Part shown: in pieces, positions 26,859-36,555 of the stretch
Numbering within the stretch: the first letter of the stretch is position 1
Layout: every line of letters begins with the position of its first letter
Assembly: GCA_963788655.1 (NCBI GenBank)
Contig: CAWBHS010000006.1
Coordinates: forward strand, 32,001 to 96,000
DNA length: 64,000 bases
Direction: 5' to 3'
Origin: an uncultured Verrucomicrobiae bacterium
GTDB taxonomy: Bacteria; Verrucomicrobiota; Verrucomicrobiia; Limisphaerales; JAFGQR01
Program-made: the position numbers and the translations under genes
The notes under the pieces: model-generated
Told to the model about the DNA's origin: nothing
Seen by the model: only the letters and a program-made list of their open reading frames with translations
Database searches by the model: none

Positions 26859-28721
26859 ATGCCGCTTATCAATTTGACAGAATACAGCCGCCAAAACGAA
26901 ACGACTGAACGAATCCCATACGTTACCAGTCCAGTACCGCCATTGCCCGAAGAAACGAACAGCGGTCAGCCAATTCCCGCTTGCCACCAACCAAATCCTC
27001 CCTGGCTCGCCGGTCGTTGGTGCGCCACGATGTTGCTGGCCTTCGGCACCGGCTCGGCGATGTCGTTTGAAACCGGTCCCGTGCCCCTGGCCGTAACGCT
27101 GACCGCGAAATCCGGCGGCGCCATTGCCGCGCAAGTAAACCAGGAGCCGGCCATTACCCCGCAACTCCTGCAAGAGCACGCGGGCGTGGTGAGCAGCCAC
27201 GGAATAACGTTCCGCTTCGATGCTCCGCCAACCGGCTTGATCGTGTCTTCCCGCGCGACTCCGGTGAGGATCAGCGTTGAAGGATTCTTCGGCTGGACGG
27301 CAACGGCCCCACCGGACTGCCAGGTTGGGCTCGTGCTTCCTGACGGTGCCAAAACAATCCGCCTCCATACCGCGAAAGCTCAGAGTGCCTCGGTGGCGCT
27401 GGGCTTTGCTGATGGAGGAAGGGCGCAGGTCGGCGAGGACTCGCGGGTGTGTTACGAATTGTTTGACGATCAGTCCTACCTGCTGACCGGTCAGGGCCGG
27501 GTCACGGCCACCAGTGCCGAGGGGCGGCTAATGACGCTGGGGCCGGCGTTTCCCCCGCTCACCGGCGGACCTTTGGCGCTGAGCACGGATCCGACCCGCG
27601 GCACGCATTTCCAACGCCGGTCCCCCACTGCCGTCGTGAAGATTGCGGGCTCCGCAGACGGCGATTTGACGATGCTGGTGGGCAATAAAACGTTCACGCT
27701 TACCGGACCCCAACGCGAGCGGATTCCTTTGGATAATGGGGCGGTGCTTTCCGTGGCGCGCCAGCCGGTGACCGACGAATTGCGTTGGACCGTGCAACGG
27801 GGCGATTTTCATTTTGCCATTGACGGATTACCCGGTTGGACGGCCCTCGGATTGACCGGCCAGGCCGGGGCCATTCTTTGGGATCTGAAAAACCAGGCGG
27901 TGGACCTGAAGAACCTGTCCCATGACCAAACCGTACTCGTCCGGTTGCCGAACCGGACTTACGCGGCCTTGGCACCGGAAGCCACTTTGCAATACAAGCA
28001 CCTGGGGTTCGGGCTGTTCGCCACCGCGGCGGCCCACGGACAGGTCGCCTTGGTGGATCCGGAAACCGGCCAGGCAGCGGATCTGGAAGCGGGCAACCTC
28101 CAGTCTCCGTCCAGCTCCCCCTTCGCCACCGAGAACATCCCGCCCCGGCAGACGGTTTCGCTGGAGTGGTCGCTCTCGCAAACGCTGGAAGTACACTCGT
28201 CGTTCGGTGAATTCCAAGTACGTCCGGGCGACGACACCGTCCTGCGTGGCCCGTCTGGCAACCAACTGCAAGTTCAGTGCATCAATGGTCAGGAAGTCTT
28301 CATAAAAGCGGTGGCGGGAGACTATCTCGTCTATCCGGAACACCAGGGAAGCCTGGCGGTCGAACTGACCGAAGGCAACGGCCTGCAACTCGCTCCCAAA
28401 CGAAACGCGGGTTCGGTCAAGGCCACCGCGCCGCTTGGCAACGCGCATCCGCTCCAATTCACGGTCGCCGGCCAACCGGTGTCGGCCTTGTATCCGAATG
28501 AAAGCGTTACGTTCCTGGGACCATCTCTGTTCACGCCGGAATGGCGATCGCCGCCGGTGGTCTATTGGGGAGAGGGTAATTCGCCGGATCGCCCCCTGGC
28601 TTTGGAAGATCCCAGTCCGTCATTGCCCGAAACCACGGATCCGGCCTGGGCGTTTGGCCTGTATCAGAATCAACTTTATGAGGATCGCATCCCCCAACCT
28701 CCCGTCTCGGTGGTTCGTTGA
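26859..28721 (+). CDS. Hypothetical exported beta-rich protein with an internal ~181-aa repeat
   Basis: Long ORF with host-like codon use; VEGFFGWTA (27276) and IDGLPGWTA (27819) in similar contexts; start uncertain. Confidence 0.7.
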   Translation: MPLINLTEYSRQNETTERIPYVTSPVPPLPEETNSGQPIPACHQPNPPWLAGRWCATMLLAFGTGSAMSFETGPVPLAVTLTAKSGGAIAAQVNQEPAITPQLLQEHAGVVSSHGITFRFDAPPTGLIVSSRATPVRISVEGFFGWTATAPPDCQVGLVLPDGAKTIRLHTAKAQSASVALGFADGGRAQVGEDSRVCYELFDDQSYLLTGQGRVTATSAEGRLMTLGPAFPPLTGGPLALSTDPTRGTHFQRRSPTAVVKIAGSADGDLTMLVGNKTFTLTGPQRERIPLDNGAVLSVARQPVTDELRWTVQRGDFHFAIDGLPGWTALGLTGQAGAILWDLKNQAVDLKNLSHDQTVLVRLPNRTYAALAPEATLQYKHLGFGLFATAAAHGQVALVDPETGQAADLEAGNLQSPSSSPFATENIPPRQTVSLEWSLSQTLEVHSSFGEFQVRPGDDTVLRGPSGNQLQVQCINGQEVFIKAVAGDYLVYPEHQGSLAVELTEGNGLQLAPKRNAGSVKATAPLGNAHPLQFTVAGQPVSALYPNESVTFLGPSLFTPEWRSPPVVYWGEGNSPDRPLALEDPSPSLPETTDPAWAFGLYQNQLYEDRIPQPPVSVVR

Positions 28722-28775
28722 CACCGCGTATGCAAATGCAATTGGTCCATCTCCAATCGTGGCCCGGCACGCCGC

Positions 28776-30047
28776 ATGAAAGGCGCCCGCCACTGTTGGC
28801 CCTGGGTGCCCGTGGCCCTGGCCTCGACCCTGACCGGTATGGTTGAGCCAACCGCCATCGCCCAGAGCAATCACGAGCCCGGCAGCGGTCTGGGCTCGCC
28901 TTATCCCTTGTACAACCAGCCTGAGCCGGCGCGCTACAACTTGAAATGGGGCAAACTCCTGGGCCGCCTGAATGCGTCGGCGGCCGCGGAATACAATGAT
29001 AACCTCAATCTGGCCAACCGGAATCCGCAGGCGGATTTCAGCCTGGGACCGGACGTGAGCGTGGCATTTCTCTGGCCCATCAGCCGGGCCAACACGTTGG
29101 AACTGGACCTCGGTGCCGGCTATCGGTGGTATGTCGATCATCCGGCCATTTCCACCCTCAACCTCGCCCCGAACTCCCACCTGGATTACCGGCTGCTCTT
29201 CGGCCACGGACAATTGAGTCTGCACGACACCTTTTCGGTGGCCAACGATCCCACCACGCGCCCGGACCTGAGCGGCAACAGCAGCGCGGGCAACGTCATC
29301 AATTTCCGTCGCATCAATAACGTGCTGGGCGTATCGGCCGAATGGCGCCCCCGCGAACCGTGGAGCATGACGGTGGGCTATGACTATGGACTGGACCGTT
29401 CGTTGAATGACGAATTCACCAGCATCGACCGGGACGACCACAGCTTCAGCGCGGGCACCTATTATCGCTTTTCCCCGCGGCTCCTGGCCGGGATCAGCGG
29501 GGCGAGCACGTTGACCTATTACGTGCAAGACGTGCAGAACAACGTCACCGGTTACTCGTTGGGACCGGTCGTCATTCTCAATCCTTCCCCCTTCATCACC
29601 GTGGACTTGCGCGGGGGTTACTCGGTGGCGGCTTTCGAGTCAACGGGAACGGTGACGGACACGTCCGATTTTCGCGGGTTCACCGGCCAGGCCGGCCTCC
29701 GGCATAAACTGAACCGTTGGATGTCGCACGAACTGCGGCTGAGCAAAAGCATGGAGCTGGGAATCAGCCGCAATTACTACGATCTCCTCGACCTGCAATA
29801 CGGCTTCAACGCCCGCCTCAACCGGGTGACCACCTTGAGCACCAGCTTCCAATACGAACACTTCCGGACTTCCGGGCCGGACGGCGAACGCGGCGACCGT
29901 TACAGTGTGTCGGTGGGCGCCCGTTGGCAACTGGCCCGCCAGTGGCAATTGGGCGCCGGGTACACCTTCAACTCCAAACACTCGGATTTGCCGGCCAGCG
30001 ACTACTCCCAGAACCGGTTCACCCTCGGATTGACCCGCCAGTTTTAG
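28776..30047 (+). CDS. Polysaccharide-associated outer-membrane beta-barrel protein
   Basis: Signal peptide; AEYNDN; amphipathic strands; ends YSQNRFTLGLTRQF (C-terminal Phe). Confidence 0.85.
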   Translation: MKGARHCWPWVPVALASTLTGMVEPTAIAQSNHEPGSGLGSPYPLYNQPEPARYNLKWGKLLGRLNASAAAEYNDNLNLANRNPQADFSLGPDVSVAFLWPISRANTLELDLGAGYRWYVDHPAISTLNLAPNSHLDYRLLFGHGQLSLHDTFSVANDPTTRPDLSGNSSAGNVINFRRINNVLGVSAEWRPREPWSMTVGYDYGLDRSLNDEFTSIDRDDHSFSAGTYYRFSPRLLAGISGASTLTYYVQDVQNNVTGYSLGPVVILNPSPFITVDLRGGYSVAAFESTGTVTDTSDFRGFTGQAGLRHKLNRWMSHELRLSKSMELGISRNYYDLLDLQYGFNARLNRVTTLSTSFQYEHFRTSGPDGERGDRYSVSVGARWQLARQWQLGAGYTFNSKHSDLPASDYSQNRFTLGLTRQF

Positions 30048-30050
30048 TTC

Positions 30051-30692
30051 ATGAAACGTCTCCTGTTCATCTTCTTGCTTGTTGCCGGACTCGGCGCCGG
30101 CCACGCCGACGCGCAAGCCCCCACCAACGCGGCCCCGCAAACGACGGCCGCGGCCCCGTATCGGCTGAACATCCAGGACAAACTCCTTTACAGCGTGCGG
30201 GAAGATCCCATTCGCAGCGCCGACCCGGACGAGGTCTTCGTCAACGCCCAGGGCAAAGCGCACTTCCGGGTGAGCGCTGGGTTTGATGACATCGTCACGT
30301 TGGACGCGGTGGGCAAGACGCTCACGCAACTTCGCGATGAACTGCACCGCCGTTTGTTGGAGAAATACTACGAACAAGCCACAATCGAGCTGAAGCTCAA
30401 ACAATCCACCGAACGCGCCGGCAAGGTGCTGCTCTACGGCGCGGTGCGGAGCAATTTCCTCCAGCTCCTGCCGGGCGAAACCAAAACCATCTTTGAGGCC
30501 GTTTATCAAGCGGGGGTGACTGAATACGCCAACCTCAAGAAGGTTAAACTCAGCCGGCTCAATTCTCATACCGGGCAAACGGATTCCTGGATCATCAACC
30601 TGGAAGTGATCAAGAAAGGCGACCGGACCATGGACGTGCAGCTCTTGGATGGCGATCGCATTGAAGTGCCCGAAAAGGGCCTGGTCTTCTGA
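30051..30692 (+). CDS. Short OPX/Wza-family polysaccharide export protein
   Basis: YRLNIQDKL, AVGKTL, YGAVR, ANLKKVKL, DVQLLDGDRIEVPE; no lipobox and no C-terminal OM helix seen. Confidence 0.8.
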   Translation: MKRLLFIFLLVAGLGAGHADAQAPTNAAPQTTAAAPYRLNIQDKLLYSVREDPIRSADPDEVFVNAQGKAHFRVSAGFDDIVTLDAVGKTLTQLRDELHRRLLEKYYEQATIELKLKQSTERAGKVLLYGAVRSNFLQLLPGETKTIFEAVYQAGVTEYANLKKVKLSRLNSHTGQTDSWIINLEVIKKGDRTMDVQLLDGDRIEVPEKGLVF

Positions 30693-30700
30693 ACTCTCGC

Positions 30701-33041
30701 ATGAAGCGCAAACCTGAACAAAATCCGCTCTCCGTTTCCCTGGGCACCTGGTTGGTGGACCGGATCAACGTCTTCTTCCAAGCGCGGCGGTACATCAAAA
30801 TGATCGCGCAACGCTGGACGATGATCGCGTTGGGTACCGTAATCGGCGGCGCCATCGCGGCCTATCTGGCCTGGCGAGCGCCGAACATTTACGCGGCCTC
30901 CGCCAAAATCGGGATTGCGCCAAAGATCCAGACTGCCTACACGTCTCAAGCCCAATATCTCGAGGAGATCAATAACTTTTACGACAGCCAGCTCCAGTAC
31001 ATGACCTGCTCGAAGGTCATGAACAAAGTCGGAGAACGCATGCGTCCCAGCCGGCCCGCCACCAAAGATTTTGTGCTGCTCCCCAAGGCCACCAAAGGCC
31101 CGGGCTGCTTCAACATCGTGGTGGAAAGCACGGATTTCGAGTATGCCCGTCGCTATGCCCAGACTTGGGCCGACGAGTTTATCGCGTTCAAGAACCAACT
31201 TCGCGAGAACGCCATTGGCCGGTCGGCGGCCAGCACCCGCGAGGAAATTCAGCGTTACGAAAAGAGCCTGGAAAACGCCCGCGCCGCCCTCCTCAATTTT
31301 CAGAAGAAGAACAACATTGGCAGCGTCAAGGAAACCGGCGATGCCGCCCAACAGCGGCTCGACAAACTCGAAGCCGAATATCAGGACATCCGCACGCTCC
31401 GGCAACGCCTCGAAACCAAGAACGTCCGAGGAAATCGCCAAGACCGGCCGCATTGAAGCCCTCGATTCCCGGCCGGCCAGCCCGGCTAATCCTGATGCCG
31501 AGCGGTCGCCCATCGGCGAATCCGCGGATCCCCTGGCCAAATTCGACAATGCCTCGCAGTACTCGGACCTGAAGTTGAAAATGAAAAACTTCGCTTCGGA
31601 ATGGGCGCGGCAGCGGGCAGTGCTCAAGCCGGGGCATCCCTATATGCAGCGGTTGGACCGGCAACTCGAACAGCTCAAGGTCCAACTCCGGCACCAACTC
31701 GAACTCATTGAAGAAAAACGCCTCGCGCGCATCGCGTCCCTCACGGCGGACGAACAAAGCTACCAGCCGTTGATCTTGGAGCTACGCCAGCAAGTGCTCG
31801 CCTCGCGCAACGTCCAGTACGAGTTCGAACGGCTTAAAGAAGAAGAGGCGAACATCAAGTCCGTGCTCGGCAACCTCCGCAAAGCCGAGGAATCGCTCAA
31901 CTCCACCACGACCGAGGAAGGACTGTTGACCGTCATCGAGGAAGGCCGCGGTTCGCCCGTGGCCATTCGCCCCAACCGCGCCCGGATGATCCTGGCCGGA
32001 TTGGTGATGGGTCTGGGCGCGGGTTTGGCGTTGATTTATCTGCTGGGGCGCCTGGACGACCGGTTGGAACTGGCCGAAGAAATCGAGGCGGAGCTGGAGC
32101 AACCGGTGCTGGGCCAGATTCCCCAACTCGACACCGAGCATTTGCGACAAGGGCGCGCGCTGATCTCCAACCTGGAGGACCATCACTTGTTTGCCGAATC
32201 GCTGCGCAGCGTGCGTTCGGCGGTGCTGCTCAGCAAACAAGAACGCCCCCCGCGGGTGCTGATGATGTCCAGTGCGGTTCCCGGCGACGGCAAGACCACC
32301 TTCACCGTCAACTTCGCCATCGCCCTCGCGATTGCCGGCCAACGCGTGCTGTTAGTGGATGCGGACCTGCGCCGCGGTGATACGCACAATTTCTTCGGTC
32401 ACTCCCGCGAACCGGGCCTTTCCGATGTGCTGACCGGCCAATTGCACTGGGCCGAGGCCAAGCAGGAAACGCCGGTGAAAACTCTGCAAGTCATTCACTC
32501 CGGCCCGCTGCCGGCCAATCCGGGCGAACTGCTGATCGGTCCCATTGTCAGTGAGTTCGTCAAAGAAGCGCAGCAGGAGTATGACTTCGTCTTGTTTGAT
32601 TGCCCGCCGCTGACCACCATTGATGACAGCTTTGCGTTGGTCCATTTGGTGGACGGTTTGGTCTTCGTTGTGCGCTCGGGCCAGACCTCGATGCGTTTTG
32701 CCAAAGCCGCCCTCGAGGCCGTGCATAAACGCGGCATCAATGTGCTTGGATTCGTCCTGAACGGCATCAAAGCCGACAATCCCTACTACTACTACAAACA
32801 CTACTACTACTCCTACTACAGCCACGACCAACCGATCGTGCCGGATTCCGAATCCGCCCCCAAACCGGCCCTAAAAATGGCCCGCCGCAAAGAGGTGTCC
32901 AGCGCGGCCGCCACCCCGCCGGCCGGGCCGGACGTGGTTCCGACGCCGTCCGCGGAAAACCAGATTATCTCGCTCGGCAGCTTCCCAGAGCCGCCGACGG
33001 ACGACCATGACCAATCCTGGCCCCAATCCGGCACCGCCTAA
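30701..33041 (+). pseudogene. wzc: Wzc-type polysaccharide co-polymerase/BY-kinase, split by a +1 frameshift near 31421
   Basis: TM1 in ORF 30701-31456; coiled coil, TM2, AESLRSVRS, Walker A PGDGKT, VDADLRR, FDCPP and Tyr cluster YYYYKHYYYSYY in the second frame; removing one A in ACCAAGAACGTCC fuses them. Confidence 0.85.
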
Positions 33042-33212
33042 GGAATCCATAGCCGGGTTGCTTCACGCGCCAGACGAAAGATTGACCGCCGGAAATTATC
33101 AACCAACGGACCGGCTCGCAGGAGTGCCGACCGACATTCCAGCCGAAAGGATCGAACACATTCGCAAGCAACTCTCTTTCGCCCTTGTTCGTTCTGTTCG
33201 GTATTCCGCAAC

Positions 33213-35381
33213 ATGAACTGGCGGCACTACCCGTGGATGCTGGGATTGTGCCTGGCACCGGTTCTGTTTGGCTCAGTCACGCCAGTAGGCCAGACAACTG
33301 TCGCCGTCCTGTTTGCCATTAGCCTGATCCTGCTGCTGCCCGATGGGGGCCGGCCGGGAACATTTCAAGGAATCGTCAAACCCGCTTGGGCTGGTTTGGC
33401 ATTGATCTGCCTCGTGCTTCCGCTGATCCCACTGCCCGTCGGATTGGTCGAAGTCTTGAGCCCGCAGCGCGTCGCTTTGGCGCGCCGTTTCCCCATTGAC
33501 GCGGGAGTAACGTCCGGCTGGCTGCCCCTTACCTTGTCACCGGCCAACACCGTGCAGCGCTGGTGGGAACTGGCTTTGATCGTGACCGCATTTTGGCTGG
33601 CACGTTTGGCGGCGGCCGAAGCGGGATTTTCTCGGCGCCTGGTGTTCGCGGTAGGTGCCACGTTACTGGTACTCGCCGGCAGCGATCTCTGGTTTCGCCT
33701 GACGGGCCAACAGCGCCTGCTTGGACTATGGCCCAATGCGGCCGGGCACGCTGCAGGCACCTTCGCCAACCGCAACCACTTCGCCGGTTGGATCTATGTG
33801 GCCGCGCTATTCTGCTCCGGCTGGCTCCTCCGCCAACTCTGGCCGCTTCAAAGTGCGCGCCAGCCCCGTAGGAGAGGCGTCCCGCCTGTCCCGAACACCC
33901 CTGCGCGTCCAACCGCACCCAATCCTCCCGAACAGTCGCATCCCTCTCCGCGTTCAGGCCAAGCACGTTCAACTGCCATCCCAACGTCCGCTCCAAAGAA
34001 CGCCCTGTTTCCTTCGGGACAGGCGGGGCGCCGGTCCTACTTCGGGGTTCTGCTCCTCGCTCTTACCTTGTTGTTCGCCCTCATAATGGCTGTAAGCACC
34101 GGTTCACGCGCCGGCCTCTTGGCTTTCGTTGCTGGGATCGCAACTTGGACTGTGCTCTTGGCGCGACGTTCCCGAAACCCGAAACGCTGGCTGGCCCTCG
34201 GGGTCGCCAGCCTGCTGGGACTGATGCTCCTTTTGGCCGCCAGTAATTATCTATTGGATCGGCTGGTGGCCAGCCGCAGTGACCTGGCCTTCAAGCTGGC
34301 CATCTGGAAAGATGCCCTGACGATTGGAGGGAAGTTTCCTTTGCTCGGCGTCGGTCCCGGCTCGTTTGTCACCGCCTTTAATCATTTCAAAACCTTCGGC
34401 GGTGACCACACCTTCCTGCACGCCGAAAACGAATACGTGCAACTGCTGGTCGAACACGGCCTGCTCGGCACGCTGCTCCTTGGTGGACTGGTAATCGCGC
34501 TTGGTTTCGCCGCGTTCCGTTACGCAGGGCAAAATAAACTGGCCGAGCCCGAAATGATCTTCAGCGCCCTGGCGGGCCTGGTAGCGTTCGCGGTCCATTC
34601 ACTGTTCGACTTCCCCTTTCAAATTCCGGCCAACGCCCTGCTGGCCGCCGCGCTGTTGGGCTTCGTGCTGGGCCACCGCGATCAAGCCCATCGGGCACCC
34701 GTCCTGGTTCCTGCGCGGCGTCTGCAAATTCTGATCACCCTCGGTTGGGCGGCGGCCTTGCTGGCGATCGCCAGTCTGCAAGCCCTGGCTTGGTGGCATT
34801 GGCAAACGGCGCGCCGAGCCACTTCGACCGACGAACTCGTCCAACACATCCGGCGGTCCGTCGAACTTTGGCCGTGGTCAACCGAGCGCCCAATCGTCCT
34901 GGCCCGGGCACAGGTGAAACGTCTGCAAACACTGAAGCTTGCTGACGCCTCGACCATCCGTGACGAAGCGCGGCGCATCCGCCGGCAATTGCACCAGGCC
35001 ATGACGCGCGATCCCTTCAATTGGGAACTTCGCCTCGAACGCGCCTGGCTGGACTTGGCCTATTGGCCTGAAGCCCGGCGCTCCCTTGAAGAAGCCTGGG
35101 AAGTCACGCGCCTCAATCCGCTCCAGCCGAAAATCCCCCTGCGCTTTGCCCGCCACTTCCGTACTCGGAATCCCGAACTCGCGATGAAATTCGTCCGCAC
35201 CGCGCGATTGTCCACGCCCGAAGACATTTATGAAGCATTACGCCTGGCCTGGGAAATAAACCACGAGCCCGCCCAGTTATGGGAACTCGTGCCACCGACG
35301 CGCACCGGATTGGATTCGCTGGCCCGTTTCGCCGCCGACCAGCAGCTCATGCCGCTGGCAGCACAAGCCCGTGAACGCTGA
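33213..35381 (+). CDS. O-antigen ligase (Wzy_C) family protein with TPR-like C-terminus and an in-frame REPIN insert
   Basis: GTFANRNHFAG, TGSRAG, PLLGVGPGSF, HAENEYVQLLVEHGLLG, VHSLFDFPFQIPAN. Confidence 0.9.
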   Translation: MNWRHYPWMLGLCLAPVLFGSVTPVGQTTVAVLFAISLILLLPDGGRPGTFQGIVKPAWAGLALICLVLPLIPLPVGLVEVLSPQRVALARRFPIDAGVTSGWLPLTLSPANTVQRWWELALIVTAFWLARLAAAEAGFSRRLVFAVGATLLVLAGSDLWFRLTGQQRLLGLWPNAAGHAAGTFANRNHFAGWIYVAALFCSGWLLRQLWPLQSARQPRRRGVPPVPNTPARPTAPNPPEQSHPSPRSGQARSTAIPTSAPKNALFPSGQAGRRSYFGVLLLALTLLFALIMAVSTGSRAGLLAFVAGIATWTVLLARRSRNPKRWLALGVASLLGLMLLLAASNYLLDRLVASRSDLAFKLAIWKDALTIGGKFPLLGVGPGSFVTAFNHFKTFGGDHTFLHAENEYVQLLVEHGLLGTLLLGGLVIALGFAAFRYAGQNKLAEPEMIFSALAGLVAFAVHSLFDFPFQIPANALLAAALLGFVLGHRDQAHRAPVLVPARRLQILITLGWAAALLAIASLQALAWWHWQTARRATSTDELVQHIRRSVELWPWSTERPIVLARAQVKRLQTLKLADASTIRDEARRIRRQLHQAMTRDPFNWELRLERAWLDLAYWPEARRSLEEAWEVTRLNPLQPKIPLRFARHFRTRNPELAMKFVRTARLSTPEDIYEALRLAWEINHEPAQLWELVPPTRTGLDSLARFAADQQLMPLAAQARER
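33868..34040. repeat. GTAG family A REPIN inside the O-antigen ligase coding sequence
   Basis: GTAGGAGAGGCGTCCCGCCTGTCCC ... GGGACAGGCGGGGCGCCGGTCCTAC, translated RRRGVPPV...GQAGRRSY. Confidence 0.8.
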
Positions 35382-35563
35382 GCACCGGCGCGAGGGGAAA
35401 TTTGCCCAGGAAGCAGCTCAACACACGAGCAATACACCAAGTCTGGTTGAGTCGCATCCATCTCATCGTCACCCCGGTACACCGCCACGCAGCAAAGATT
35501 GCCTTCCTTCACTTGACCGGATTTCCTCCCCCGGCCCGGTTTTCGCGCCCGGTTCCTCAAAGT

Positions 35564-35590
35564 GTTCAGTTTTCCATGAACCGATTGAAC
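35564..35590 (+). promoter_or_regulatory. Candidate operator upstream of the GbsR/MarR regulator
   Basis: Perfect GTTCA-N8-TGAAC (35564-35581) plus an extra TGAAC half-site. Confidence 0.45.
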
Positions 35591-35652
35591 GTTTTGAGGC
35601 AAGTGACCCGGTGGCGTTGAAGCTGCTTCCCCGGTATCAGCGATTGATTGTT

Positions 35653-36123
35653 ATGACGCTGGCTCCGCTTGAAACGGAAATAATCGACCTGTTCGTGCAT
35701 GTAGCGCGGCTGCTGAACATTCCCAAGTCCGTGGCCGAGATCTACGGGCTCTTGTTCATTGCGCCCACGCCGCTTTCGCCGGACGAGATCATTGCCCGGT
35801 TGATGTTGAGCAAAGGCGCGGTGAGTCAGGGATTGCGGCTGTTGCGCAATCTGGGTGCCGTGCGTGCCGTGTACGTACCGGGCAAACGCAGCGATCATTT
35901 CGAGGCGGAAGTGGAACTTCGCAAACTCGTCAGCGGCGTGCTCAAGGACAAATTGGAACCTCATTTTCACGATGGCAGCGACCGTCTCCAGCGTATGCAA
36001 AGCCTCATCAACGAGCTGCCCACCAACGAACGCGAGCGCGTAAGTCCACGCCTCGACAAATTACGCAGTTGGCAAAAAGCCGGACAGCGCATTCTCCCGC
36101 TGGTCCGGCAGTGTCTGGCCTGA
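35653..36123 (+). CDS. GbsR/MarR-family winged-helix transcriptional regulator
   Basis: IPKSVAEIYGLLF..PLSPDEI..LSKGAVSQGLRLL..GAV..RSDHFEAE. Confidence 0.85.
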   Translation: MTLAPLETEIIDLFVHVARLLNIPKSVAEIYGLLFIAPTPLSPDEIIARLMLSKGAVSQGLRLLRNLGAVRAVYVPGKRSDHFEAEVELRKLVSGVLKDKLEPHFHDGSDRLQRMQSLINELPTNERERVSPRLDKLRSWQKAGQRILPLVRQCLA

Positions 36124-36355
36124 AACGGGGCCGAACCAATCCCCGGTGTCCCCGGGCAACATAACCAACGGTCTGCGGCTCCGATCGCTCCGGCGAACCC
36201 CGCACCACCGACAACGACGCAACGTGATCGTGCCGTCCCTCCGGCCAATCGCCAAGTGCGGCAGCTTGTTTCCACCGCGCATGAAAATGCCGATGAACTC
36301 CGGCAAGCTGGCATCTTGCAGGAGCCGTATCGATGCTCCATCCATGGTCGCGCCC

Positions 36356-36495
36356 GCGTTTGGAGTGCGCGGAGCTTGCTCCCGCTTTCATTGGGAACGA
36401 GGCCAACCGACACCAAGCCAAGCATCCATGCGTATCGAATTACCTTCTCAATTCGACAGCGCCGGCAAGCCGGACGCACTCCAAACGCTGGCGCG
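36356..36495. repeat. REP pair, TGGAGTGCG family
   Basis: TTTGGAGTGCGCGGAGCTTGCTCCCGCTTT and AGCGCCGGCAAGCCGGACGCACTCCAAACGCTG; same units at 62675-62780, weaker at 8632 and 53760. Confidence 0.8.
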
Positions 36496-36555
36496 ACTCA
36501 CAGCCCACCGTTCCCCAGACTCCGCTTCTCGCATCACCTGCGTCATGCGAATTTC

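Noticed and set aside
32781..32826. TAC triplet repeat as a contingency locus
   Set aside because: It encodes the normal Wzc C-terminal tyrosine cluster.
33007..33216. 69-aa ORF between wzc and the ligase
   Set aside because: No recognisable motif; only the ATGA overlap supports it.
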